DNA from: Nanobdellota archaeon
Lineage (GTDB): Archaea; Nanobdellota; Nanobdellia; Woesearchaeales; GCA-2686295
NCBI GenBank assembly: GCA_018819065.1
Contig: JAHJQL010000017.1
Coordinates: 35,952-99,951 of the forward strand
Length of the DNA: 64,000 nt
Reading direction: 5' to 3'
The translations under genes were made by a program, and so were the position numbers. Positions 9,768-18,563 of the stretch are shown in pieces. Every line of letters begins with the position of its first letter. The first letter of the stretch is position 1. The notes below the pieces were generated by a model. That model was not told where the DNA came from. It was given only the letters and a program-made list of their open reading frames with translations, and made no database searches.

Positions 9768-10049
9768 TTATTGGTTTGGGGCTCTCTCGTAGACTTCATC
9801 GTGATGCCCAAAGTCAACAAACGAAATTGTATCAGATTCTTTTAGAAATTTGAATACAAGCACAAAGTGTCCTAGATGAACTCGTTTTCTGTCTTTCATG
9901 TCATATCTTAAATTCTTGTAATGTTCAACATCTTTGGAAGTTATTACTTCTTCAATTTTCTTCAGAATTCGTTCATACATCACTTTGTCTTTCTTTGAAA
10001 ACTTGTTGAGAATGTCTTGTAAGTAAGGCTTTATCTCATAATGTCTCAT
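9768..10049 (-). CDS. RelE/ParE-family toxin (cassette 2)
   Basis: 93 aa, ...RYDMKDRKRVHLGHFVLVFKFLKESDTISFVDFGHHDEVY. It is paralogous to 6063..6323, and its start overlaps the antitoxin stop by 4 nt. Confidence 0.75.
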   Translation of the reverse strand: MRHYEIKPYLQDILNKFSKKDKVMYERILKKIEEVITSKDVEHYKNLRYDMKDRKRVHLGHFVLVFKFLKESDTISFVDFGHHDEVYERAPNQ

Positions 10050-10291
10050 ACTTTGTCCTCAATAATTTTTCTCAACTCAGCCATATTCTTGAACTTTATG
10101 CCTTTCTGCTTCTCGATTTTATTCAACTTCTCAATGTACTTAGGTCTCAAAGCAGGCTCTAAAATATCCTGTTCATAACGCTGAGCCATCACTTCAATAG
10201 CCTCACTCTTATCCTTAAGACCAAATTGAGCTTTCACAATATTCAACACTCTATTCGTATCATCATCAATCTTTATAATTGCCTGAACCAT
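10046..10291 (-). CDS. putative antitoxin of RelE cassette 2
   Basis: 81 aa, paralogue of 6324..6566. Confidence 0.65.
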   Translation of the reverse strand: MVQAIIKIDDDTNRVLNIVKAQFGLKDKSEAIEVMAQRYEQDILEPALRPKYIEKLNKIEKQKGIKFKNMAELRKIIEDKV

Positions 10292-10397
10292 AATATCACC
10301 TTAACATGATATTAATTCGGTATTAATATATAAATTTTTTGATTCTACAAGCCCAAAACCAAACTATTCTCAAATAAAAAGGTGCTTCGCACTGTAA

Positions 10398-10540
10398 GCG
10401 TTTTTTCTGAACTCTTCGCAAAGCTTCGATTTGCTCGTCGTCTCATCTCTGTTCAACCCAGCTCTTAGCTTGCTTTCGCTCGCAGAAGGAGCTCCATGAG
10501 GAACCGAAAATATAACAGTGATTAAGCGACATATTACTCG
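10398..10540 (+). repeat. conserved TA-cassette upstream element (copy 2), locally GC-richer than surroundings
   Basis: Shares gcgttttttctgaactcttcgc and gaaaatataacagtgatta with 6611..6709. The ORF-track ORF 10370..10594 falls inside it and is probably spurious. Confidence 0.5.
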
Positions 10541-10611
10541 GGGGCACTTTAGATTATATTGAGGCACTCTTAATAGAAAACTATAAGAAAGCAAAGCTTA
10601 TTTTACATTAT

Positions 10612-11574
10612 ATGGAATCAGTTTTCAAACAAAGAATAGGTTTTAATGGAGATTTGAAAGAAATCTCAAAAGACATTTGTAGAGATTTTAATCTTGGAGA
10701 CTTTGTTGATTGTAAAATAATTCTCACAGGTTATGAAGATTTCAATTTCTCTTTAGAAACCAACAACGGCAAATTCTTTGTAAAAATATTCTCAAATGAA
10801 AGAACAATTGATGATTGTAAAAGAAATGTTGATGTAATCGTAAAGTCATTAGAAGTCGGCGTTTTTGCCCCTAAATTATACAAATCAAAACAGGGATATT
10901 TACATCTTCTGTATATTGATCAATCAACATTAAGAATTTGCGTTATGGATTTTATTGATGGTAAAGATTTCTTTACTTCTAAAGCAGCAATCACTCATGA
11001 AGACATGCTTTCATTAGTATGCCAAGCATCTTTAATTAACTCAATAAATATTGAACCAGCAAAAATTTATGATTCATGGGCGATTACTAACTTTCTTCTG
11101 GAATTTGAAAAGAAAAGTCAATACTTAGAAAAAGAAGATTCTGACATTATTAAACCCCTTGTTGAAAAATTTAAGAATATCAAAATCGCATCATTACCTC
11201 ACTGCTTTGCACACGGGGATATAATCAGAACTAATGTTATAAGAGATAAAAATGATAAGATTTGGATTGTGGATTTTTCTGTTTCAAATTATTATCCTCG
11301 CATTCAAGAATTAGCAGTGTTGGCTTGCGATATCTTATTCAATAGAGATAACAAAGAAGAAAGTGAACAAAATCTTAAAGATGCTTTAGAAGAATATCAA
11401 AAAACGATAAAATTGACTACAAGAGAAATTGAAGTTTTACCAACTTACATTAAACTTGCTCATGCCATGCATGTATTATGTGCAACCTATGAGAAGAAAG
11501 CTAAAAAGAATGATTCTAAAGAGAATGAATACTTTCTCAACATTGGAAAGTCTGGATTAAGACAAATAAATTAA
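10612..11574 (+). CDS. phosphotransferase-family protein (APH/choline-kinase/homoserine-kinase-II-like)
   Basis: Catalytic-loop-like HGDIIRTNVI and metal-binding IWIVDFS motifs of the APH/ePK-like kinase fold. Confidence 0.6.
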   Translation: MESVFKQRIGFNGDLKEISKDICRDFNLGDFVDCKIILTGYEDFNFSLETNNGKFFVKIFSNERTIDDCKRNVDVIVKSLEVGVFAPKLYKSKQGYLHLLYIDQSTLRICVMDFIDGKDFFTSKAAITHEDMLSLVCQASLINSINIEPAKIYDSWAITNFLLEFEKKSQYLEKEDSDIIKPLVEKFKNIKIASLPHCFAHGDIIRTNVIRDKNDKIWIVDFSVSNYYPRIQELAVLACDILFNRDNKEESEQNLKDALEEYQKTIKLTTREIEVLPTYIKLAHAMHVLCATYEKKAKKNDSKENEYFLNIGKSGLRQIN

Positions 11575-11708
11575 AATCTCTTTCTAAGAGTGCCCAAAAT
11601 AGTATGATAAATGCGAAATGTATTTGCCGATGAAGTGCCCCCTGCGTCATACGCTGCGGAAAACTAAAGTTTTCCTTGCCCCTCACCCAAAAAAAGGCTC
11701 GGGGGAAA

Positions 11709-11730
11709 CTAACACTGATTATATCCAAAT
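11709..11730 (+). repeat. copy of the intergenic motif taacactgattatatccaaatg, ~50-65 nt upstream of the next gene
   Basis: Third copy of the TATA-like motif. It is preceded by a perfect hairpin ggaaaact-aa-agttttcc (11657-11674). Confidence 0.4.
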
Positions 11731-11776
11731 GTTAAAAATGCTATAGTTTAAATAAAGCAGTCTCTTTCTAAATGAT

Positions 11777-12118
11777 ATGTCCGAACAGGGTTATGAAATA
11801 TATAAAACAAAACCAGATGAAAATCAAAAATTCCCTCATATAGTACTCGATCAAGTGGGAGTAAAGTTTTACGATGGTCCTAATAACTCTGGTGAAACGG
11901 GAGGTTATTGTCATCCGAACTCAGATAGAGAACCCGATCAATTGGCAAAAATTATTGATACAATAGTTTATGATAGATTGTTAAAAAGAACAAATTTAAA
12001 GAATTCTCCCATCAATTCAATAAAGGTATTTCTTGAAGACCCAAGTTGGGACGAGACTGCAACAAAATTATTAGAACTAAACGATAGTCGAGCGTTTTCA
12101 ACATCTCGAAAATCCTAA
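11777..12118 (+). CDS. hypothetical protein
   Basis: 113-aa ORF with no recognisable motifs. The initiator Met is taken from the ORF track. Confidence 0.4.
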   Translation: MSEQGYEIYKTKPDENQKFPHIVLDQVGVKFYDGPNNSGETGGYCHPNSDREPDQLAKIIDTIVYDRLLKRTNLKNSPINSIKVFLEDPSWDETATKLLELNDSRAFSTSRKS

Positions 12119-12189
12119 AAATCTCGTTAATCCTTTTTATGAATTTTCGGTTTTTTCTAGCGAAAAACGAACATAACACTTTTTTTAGA

Positions 12190-12230
12190 AGGAAAAAAAA
12201 GAAAAAAAATCAGCAAGACTTACATCTTGC
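12190..12230 (-). terminator. hairpin (gcaagacttacatcttgc) plus T8/T8 run downstream of the Zn-ribbon gene
   Basis: On the minus strand the stop codon sits inside a 6-bp stem-loop followed by TTTTTTTTCTTTTTTTT, consistent with archaeal oligo-T termination. Confidence 0.45.
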
Positions 12231-12363
12231 CAATTCTAAACATCTTAGTTCCACAAGTTGGGCAGATTCCCTTAACACAGTCTCTACCATTAGCCATTTT
12301 ACTGGCTTTTGCGTCTTTCATAGTCCTTTTTGACTTGCACTTGACACAATATGCTTCCACCAT
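12220..12363 (-). CDS. small CxxC...CxxC zinc-ribbon protein
   Basis: Internal ATG at 12363 gives 47 aa: MVEAYCVKCKSKRTMKDAKASKMANGRDCVKGICPTCGTKMFRIGKM. The longer ORF-track start would read through the tRNA-Phe 3' exon. It lies immediately downstream of the tRNA on the same strand. Confidence 0.6.
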   Translation of the reverse strand: MVEAYCVKCKSKRTMKDAKASKMANGRDCVKGICPTCGTKMFRIGKM

Positions 12364-12408
12364 TCTAGTACACCTCATATTTTTTAATGAATTATTAGGA
12401 AAAAAAGT

Positions 12409-12617
12409 GGGGACACCGGGACTTTCACTTACGGCTTCGAATTGCAACGCAATTCCTTCGCCCGAAGGGAAGGATTTCGTCGTCAAGGTTCTCAAAAAGC
12501 GAAGCTTTTTGGCACCTCAAAAACGATTTCTCGTTTTTGTTGGGGCGAAACCGTTGTTTTGAACCCGGGACCACTAGATCTTCAGTCTAGTGCTCTCCCA
12601 GTCTGAGCTATGTCCCC
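12409..12617 (-). tRNA. tRNA-Phe (GAA) with a 135-nt intron in the T-loop (non-canonical position 59/60)
   Basis: The 5' exon (12617..12558, minus strand) is GGGGACA TA GCTC AGACTGGGA GAGC A CTAGA CTGAAGA TCTAG TGGTC CCGGG TTCAAA. The 3' exon (12422..12409) is T CCCGG TGTCCCC A. All stems pair perfectly, the anticodon is GAA, and the mature length is 74 nt. The intron spans 12557..12423. An oligo-T run follows the 3' end. Confidence 0.85.
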
Positions 12618-12626
12618 GAAAAAACA

Positions 12627-12911
12627 TTAAATTTTAGTTATTGTTCCTTTTCTTCCAGCAGTTAACTGTAAGCTTCCCTGCCATTCATTTACATAGCCAT
12701 CTTTTAATTCTATCTTATCACCAACTTTGACTTGGTCTATTTGTTCGTTCCACAAAGTCATAGTGACTTCTCCAGTTTCATCCTTTACTTTCGCGTTTGC
12801 AACTCTTCCAGGAGTTCCAAATTTCTGAAATTCTCTGACTTCGCCAATTTCAATCACTTCGACTTTGACGTTGACATCTCCTTTTTTTGGTTTTAAATCA
12901 CTTATTTTCAT
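12627..12911 (-). CDS. OB-fold single-stranded nucleic-acid-binding protein (SSB/RPA-like)
   Basis: 94-aa protein with a beta-rich OB pattern (VKVEVIEIGEVREF...GRVANAKVKDETGEVTMTLWNEQ...GDKIELKDGYVNEWQGSLQL). It ends 9 nt upstream of the tRNA-Phe 5' end. Confidence 0.6.
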   Translation of the reverse strand: MKISDLKPKKGDVNVKVEVIEIGEVREFQKFGTPGRVANAKVKDETGEVTMTLWNEQIDQVKVGDKIELKDGYVNEWQGSLQLTAGRKGTITKI

Positions 12912-12939
12912 TGTAATACTCGAGAAAATCGGTGACTAT

Positions 12940-14448
12940 TTAAAGTTTTTTGTTAAGCATGACAAATGTTTGCTTGTTATAAATTAAAGCTTTTAACGTT
13001 TCTTTTAAATCAGAGATTTTCACCCTTACTTGGTTTTCAGTATCCCTATCTCTTATTGTAACATCCTTCTTTTCCAAGCTATCAAAATCAACTGTTACAA
13101 CGTAAGGAGTTCCTTCTTCTGATGCCCGCAAATACCTCTTACCTATTGATCCTTTCTCGTCGTATTTGCATAGGAATTCAGCATTTAAATCAGTAAATAT
13201 TTTTTCTGCAAGAGCAGTTAATTCTGGTTTTTTTAGCAATGGATAAACTGCGACTTTGAAAGGGGTAAGTTTAGGTGAAAGCTTTAATATAGTTTTTCCT
13301 TCTTCTTCGCTTTTCTTATCATAATTTAAGTCTAAAACTGCAAAAGTCAATCTTCCTGTTCCAAATGCTATCTCCAGTATGTGTGGTATCTTCTTTTCAT
13401 TGGTCTGTTCATCTAAGACTTCCATGTTTGTCTTTGAGAATTTTGCGTGTTGTTTTAAGTCATAATCAGTCCTGTCATGCACTCCACAGATTTCTGTCCA
13501 TCCAAAACTGTTTAAGTTGACTTCCACGTCCCAAGCATCATCTGCGTAGAATGCTTTTTCATCTGGTGAGTGTTGTGTAAGCCTAATTTTTTCTTCTGGA
13601 ATTCCAATCTCCAAAAATATCTTATGTGTCAACCAGATCATGTATGCGTAAACCTTGTTTTTTAGAAACTTTCTTTTCATAGCATCTTCTAAGCTAATAG
13701 TTTCAGGCTTTTTATTCTTGCTTTGGAGTTCCCAAGCCCAGAAAGTCAGTTTGTCTTTTTGTACATTGTCAAACTTTGGAAAGTTGTTCTTTTGGTCTTT
13801 GAATATGAACAGCTGAGCCTCTGCTTGTGTAAACTCTCTTGTTCTAAGAAGGTGTTGTCTTGGGCTTATCTCGTTTCTGTAAGCATTTCCTATTTGAAAC
13901 ACTCCAAAGGGTAGTTTTTTCCTGAAAAAATCGTAGTATCTAAGAAACTCTAGATAAGTCGTTGTTGCAGTTTCTGGCCGGTTATACGCCTCGTTTCCTA
14001 TGCCCACAACTGTTTTCATCATTAAATTGTGCTGCTCGACTTTTGAGTCAAAGATTGTTTGACAAGAAGGGCATTTAACATTGTTTTTTGATAAGAACGA
14101 TTCAAAACTAGTTATTTTCTTATCAGGAAATAGTTCTTGTAGTAGTTGCTCTGCTTTAAATGAAGACTTGCATTTCTTACAAGTAATCATTGCATCTGTA
14201 AATCCACCAAGGTGACCTGATGCTTCCCAAACAATCTTTGGCATTATTGTTGGGCATTCAACTTCTAAAAAGTCATTTTTAAAGAATACATCCCTAACAA
14301 CGTTTTCAATGTTGTTTTTCAGCATTTTCCCAAGCGGTGCGTAGGTGTAAAAGCCTGCAAGTCCACCATATATCTCTGGTGTTGGACCCCAGATAAATCC
14401 TTTCTGCTGCATAAAAGATATTAATTCCTGCATGAACTGTTTAGTCAT
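12940..14448 (-). CDS. glyS: glycyl-tRNA synthetase, archaeal/eukaryal-type class II
   Basis: N-terminal ...PEIYGGLAGFYTYAPLGKMLKNN... and a class II motif region ...FQIGNAYRNEISPRQHLLRTREFTQAE..., followed by a C-terminal anticodon-binding domain. Confidence 0.85.
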   Translation of the reverse strand: MTKQFMQELISFMQQKGFIWGPTPEIYGGLAGFYTYAPLGKMLKNNIENVVRDVFFKNDFLEVECPTIMPKIVWEASGHLGGFTDAMITCKKCKSSFKAEQLLQELFPDKKITSFESFLSKNNVKCPSCQTIFDSKVEQHNLMMKTVVGIGNEAYNRPETATTTYLEFLRYYDFFRKKLPFGVFQIGNAYRNEISPRQHLLRTREFTQAEAQLFIFKDQKNNFPKFDNVQKDKLTFWAWELQSKNKKPETISLEDAMKRKFLKNKVYAYMIWLTHKIFLEIGIPEEKIRLTQHSPDEKAFYADDAWDVEVNLNSFGWTEICGVHDRTDYDLKQHAKFSKTNMEVLDEQTNEKKIPHILEIAFGTGRLTFAVLDLNYDKKSEEEGKTILKLSPKLTPFKVAVYPLLKKPELTALAEKIFTDLNAEFLCKYDEKGSIGKRYLRASEEGTPYVVTVDFDSLEKKDVTIRDRDTENQVRVKISDLKETLKALIYNKQTFVMLNKKL

Positions 14449-14560
14449 AGAGGAGAATAGATTTGTTTTATTTAAAAAGTTATCTTAAAAACCAAATTAA
14501 CACCACTAGACAGTAGTTAAAAAACGAAAGATTTATAAATATTGAAATCAACAATGACAT

Positions 14561-16051
14561 ATGCAAGAACAAATTAAATGGGTTTCTGAAGATGTAAAAA
14601 GAATTACGCTAAACAATATTCCATTAGATGAAATAATAAATAAGAGATATAACCAACAAGACGTGCTGTCATTTGCAGCTGATAGAAGCTTAAGAAACCT
14701 GCCAGAAGATTATAAAATGCTTACAGAACTTTTAGGTAAAGATGTTGTTTTTTACACGACAGGACTTCAAGTTCTCGCTGAAAAGAATCCGAGAATGCTA
14801 CAAAAAATAAATGATGAACAAACAAATGAATATACTCAAAAGCAGAGCATAAAATTAGAAGGTGGAAGGGCTGAATCAGACATAACTGCAGGAGTCTTAT
14901 TAAGTAGTGGTCTTGACAATGGATTTATTAAGATAGGATATCTGGAACCAAAAAACATAGATAAGAAAAACAGGACTCAAAATCTCGATAACATCGAACT
15001 AATAATATCAAACATTCTCAAAGGCGACCAAAAAGCAAATTTTGTAAGAATTACCAATAATGGAACATCATTAGATGTAGAACCACTTAAAGAAAACTCC
15101 CTTTATTCTGACGCATATTATGGAGAAGTTCCAAAAGACATAATCACTGCAAGATTTATGAAACTAATTGCAGAGGCAGCACATATAACTTATACATTAA
15201 CAAATGAAATACCAAAAGAAACAATTCATAGAGCCAAACAAGAAAAAATAGCTGAAATTAACAAGAAAAGAGAAATCTCAGATGAAGAAGCGTTAAGTTC
15301 TTATCATACATACAAAATAATTAATGCATTTAATCTAAGCGAGGAGTTTAAAGAATTATTTTTGCCAATCCAGACAGGTATGAACAACTATGAGAACAAC
15401 CACACAGTAATAATCAGCGACAGGTCACCAAAAAATAGAAAGGAAAAGAATTTTGATGGAAACAAGATTGATCAAGCACCATTCACAAGAGAACTGACGT
15501 TAATTCTAGATTGTGTCCCCGGGTACTTCAACCTTGAAGAGAGAGCCAACTTAGAAAGATTTGCAAGCATTTGCTATAATAAAACAAGCGATGAACTTGA
15601 GCAGGATTTGGAGTATCAAGCATCAAATCACGGGGAGAGGTTTACCAGATCAGTATTAAATGCCAATCACTGCATCAAAGAAGCAGAAAGAATCTACAAC
15701 ACAAAGGGTGGAACACCATTCTTTTTTGAGTATGCAAAAAAATTATCAGATGCAAAAGTGCATTATCAAATGGCAGAAGATTCCATGAAAGTTTTAAACA
15801 AAAACAGTGCGTTAGCAGAAGATGACGCTTTAGAAGTAATTGCTATGATAAAAGAAAGTTTTAGTAACAAGCTCAGATTTGTCAACGAGAACGATTACAA
15901 GATCGATTTAGAGCTTTACAATAAGATTTCTAGACCGTGGATTGCGGAGTCTGAAGGCCAAAGAGTAAACCCAATATATAGAGATATTTCTCAGAAGCCG
16001 ATGACAATAAAGCAATTAGAGGATGGTCTGAAATACACGAAGAATCCTTAA
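14561..16051 (+). CDS. hypothetical protein
   Basis: 496-aa ORF with coding-like composition and no recognisable motif. Its 3' end overlaps the convergent PhoU-like gene by ~120 nt. Confidence 0.5.
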   Translation: MQEQIKWVSEDVKRITLNNIPLDEIINKRYNQQDVLSFAADRSLRNLPEDYKMLTELLGKDVVFYTTGLQVLAEKNPRMLQKINDEQTNEYTQKQSIKLEGGRAESDITAGVLLSSGLDNGFIKIGYLEPKNIDKKNRTQNLDNIELIISNILKGDQKANFVRITNNGTSLDVEPLKENSLYSDAYYGEVPKDIITARFMKLIAEAAHITYTLTNEIPKETIHRAKQEKIAEINKKREISDEEALSSYHTYKIINAFNLSEEFKELFLPIQTGMNNYENNHTVIISDRSPKNRKEKNFDGNKIDQAPFTRELTLILDCVPGYFNLEERANLERFASICYNKTSDELEQDLEYQASNHGERFTRSVLNANHCIKEAERIYNTKGGTPFFFEYAKKLSDAKVHYQMAEDSMKVLNKNSALAEDDALEVIAMIKESFSNKLRFVNENDYKIDLELYNKISRPWIAESEGQRVNPIYRDISQKPMTIKQLEDGLKYTKNP

Positions 16052-16844
16052 GAGCAGACAAAATCAAATCATTAATTTTTTTTCTCGAGTCATAGAATTG
16101 TTTTGCTTTAGTCGAATCATAAGAAAAATATATTTCTGTGACGATATACAAATTATCAAGAACCATTTTTGCAATAAGTTGAGTATTTTTAGATATTTTT
16201 TTGGGCTTTAAATGAGCAAAAAACTTAAAATCATTGCCAAGTTTTTCAACAGCCCATATAAGTGTATAATTCATAAAAGAGCCTGATAGTTCTGGGTTTT
16301 TGTGCATCGCCCGCATACAATAATGCGCAAGCTTATTATTCGCTTGTTCTAACTCAAGCAAATCAGATAAAATAGACTCATCCTCAGTTTCAAGATATTG
16401 AACAATTTTTCTAATCTTTTCACGCAGTAAAAAAATCAACCTATTTTGTATGGATTCAAAATCAGAATTATTCATTTCAGATATTGATTTTACGAGCACA
16501 TAATTCTTTTCTTTTTTTACAATTTCGAACATCGTTGCTTCAACCTTAAGACTTTCTTTTACCTGATTTAGCTCTGACTCATCAGAAAAAAGCACAGTTA
16601 TTTCATCATAACCCCTCTTTGAGAGATTATCAAATTTTCGACGTGTAAGAGAACCATATTTAGAAGCATCTATTACAACTTTAGTTACTGGAGCAACATA
16701 GCTTTCAGGCTTTATCTCAAGCACACCTTTAACAGAGTCTATGTTGAGAATATCACCTTTCTTAAGATTCCACTGCTTAACCCATTTATGCGGAAGGCTA
16801 ACTCCCAAGCTGCTTGAACTCTGTTGGATGACTTTTCTTTGCAT
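15930..16844 (-). CDS. PhoU-domain regulator with N-terminal AbrB/SpoVT-like swapped-hairpin domain
   Basis: N-terminal ...SSLGVSLPHKWVKQWNLKKGDIL (AbrB/MazE-like), followed by PhoU-like helical repeats (...IQNRLIFLLREKIRKIVQYLETED...LELEQANNKLAHYC...). ATG at 16844 is preferred over the TTG at 16862. Confidence 0.7.
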   Translation of the reverse strand: MQRKVIQQSSSSLGVSLPHKWVKQWNLKKGDILNIDSVKGVLEIKPESYVAPVTKVVIDASKYGSLTRRKFDNLSKRGYDEITVLFSDESELNQVKESLKVEATMFEIVKKEKNYVLVKSISEMNNSDFESIQNRLIFLLREKIRKIVQYLETEDESILSDLLELEQANNKLAHYCMRAMHKNPELSGSFMNYTLIWAVEKLGNDFKFFAHLKPKKISKNTQLIAKMVLDNLYIVTEIYFSYDSTKAKQFYDSRKKINDLILSALKDSSCISDHPLIALLSSASEKYLYILGLLFGLQTPQSTV

Positions 16845-16968
16845 AAAGAAGAAGCCAATCAAGAGAACTATTTAAAGTTTTTGAAAAATAGCTATAATAT
16901 ATATTATATAGTGAAAATCTATATATACTTAAATAATACCACTAACTAATAACAACAAAGGTGATAAT

Positions 16969-17922
16969 ATGAATTCAATAAAAAAAATCGCGTATATAAC
17001 AATGCTCTTCGCAGCGACGTATTTTGCAGGTTGCACAAACAACGATAACAACACACAACCACAACCAGAAAAAGAAGTTGTAACAACAGACACAACTAAA
17101 GTATCCGAAGATAAAGAAACAATTGAAGACGAAATAAAACAATATTCAAGAACAATAAAAGTTCCAATAAACGGACAAACATACACTTACACAGAATTCT
17201 TCGAAAGCGATTTGCTGATATCAACCGAACTTCAAAAGACGAAAGGAGACACAATCGAGACATACACCGATGTAAATCTTGATTCAATAATAGGAAATCA
17301 TCCTGATGATAAGTATACAAAATCAAAAGGACGGGGAGAGGGGACGGGACTTGATATCAGAGCGACAAACAACTCATACTATAAATGGGACTTTGACAAC
17401 ACACTCAGAATAGAATATCCTGACTTAACAAAAGAAAGCGCAGAAATAAATGAAGCAGTCAAAAGCAAGCTAGAACAAGAAAACAAGCAATACCAAAAAG
17501 CACAAGAAGCAATAGTGGACTATTTCAATCAAGAAATAAAAAATGCGGTAACTAGAGCAAAAAAAACATATAACCAAAAAATAGACGAGAAAGACGGGTT
17601 TAAAGTAGAAGCTGAAATCGACAGCCTTAACAAACTAACAATGTATGATGCAGACAGCAGCGGAGTTCTTGGAGACAACCCGGAAGATTATGTTGAACTT
17701 GGATACGTCCGATCTGAAGCAAGCGACTATACCCGAATGACAAATGAGAATTTTATGTCTGGATGGGGAGGGGGAGATTATAGCATAAGAAAAGGCGGAC
17801 ATCTATCAAACAAGATAATCTCAAAGGTTCAAGAAGCAATGAAGACAACATTCACAGACATATTCAAGAACTACAAAAAACAATACCAAAAACAAGTAAT
17901 TGAAAATATAAAGAAGGAGTGA
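16969..17922 (+). CDS. putative lipoprotein/secreted protein
   Basis: Signal peptide with a lipobox-like AGC (MNSIKKIAYITMLFAATYFAGC), then a hydrophilic acidic/Lys-rich body. Confidence 0.55.
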   Translation: MNSIKKIAYITMLFAATYFAGCTNNDNNTQPQPEKEVVTTDTTKVSEDKETIEDEIKQYSRTIKVPINGQTYTYTEFFESDLLISTELQKTKGDTIETYTDVNLDSIIGNHPDDKYTKSKGRGEGTGLDIRATNNSYYKWDFDNTLRIEYPDLTKESAEINEAVKSKLEQENKQYQKAQEAIVDYFNQEIKNAVTRAKKTYNQKIDEKDGFKVEAEIDSLNKLTMYDADSSGVLGDNPEDYVELGYVRSEASDYTRMTNENFMSGWGGGDYSIRKGGHLSNKIISKVQEAMKTTFTDIFKNYKKQYQKQVIENIKKE

Positions 17923-18563
17923 AAATAACATTGTTATTCAAAACAAAAATTAAAAAAACACAGATAAACACTGACGAAGTCTACAACACAATCCAAGAAG
18001 GCCTAAAAGAAATGGAATCAAAAGGAATTGACAGGATAACAGTTGCATTGGGCGAAACAGAAAAAAATCCAAATGCCAGTGGTTGGATTGAAATGAACCA
18101 AAGTAACTATTATGACTACGAACTTCTAGACTCTGATGAACAAAAAATGGTTGATGAAAAAAAGACATATGCAGTAATGGCATTAGTCATAGAAAACCCT
18201 TTTAATGCAGTAAAATACAACGGAAAAGGTATGGAGAATTTCACCAGAACAAGAGTATTTCCATTACTTCCGACTTTAAAGCCAAAATCAAATTTATATT
18301 ATGTTGTTTCAGGAGGATTCTTAACAGGTGAAGACTTAAAGCAATACGTATCTGAAGTGGTAAAGGCAAATGAAGACTGGACACCTGAGAATTTAAAGAA
18401 TGTTTTAAATCAAAACATGCAAGAGTATCAAGAAAAAACAAAACAAGCACTAAGAGACCACACAGGACTACAATACAGACTTGAAAAGATGGAAGAAAGA
18501 AAACATTCACCTCAAGAAGAAATACTTAACACAATAAAAGAACAGATTTACAAGAAAAATTAA
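17919..18563 (+). CDS. hypothetical protein (GTG start overlapping upstream stop, GGAGG upstream)
   Basis: The GTGA overlap with the 16969..17922 stop suggests translational coupling. No recognisable domain. Confidence 0.5.
   Translation: MKITLLFKTKIKKTQINTDEVYNTIQEGLKEMESKGIDRITVALGETEKNPNASGWIEMNQSNYYDYELLDSDEQKMVDEKKTYAVMALVIENPFNAVKYNGKGMENFTRTRVFPLLPTLKPKSNLYYVVSGGFLTGEDLKQYVSEVVKANEDWTPENLKNVLNQNMQEYQEKTKQALRDHTGLQYRLEKMEERKHSPQEEILNTIKEQIYKKN

Noticed and set aside
10370-10594. 74-aa minus-strand ORF between antitoxin 2 and the kinase gene
   Set aside because: It lies entirely within the conserved upstream repeat block shared with TA cassette 1 and has odd composition, so it is more likely promoter, leader or non-coding sequence.
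12139-12562. ORFs 12139..12333(+), 12227..12562(+) and the long form of 12220..12495(-)
   Set aside because: They run through the tRNA-Phe exons, intron and terminator. Only the short 47-codon Zn-ribbon ORF (12220..12363) is retained.
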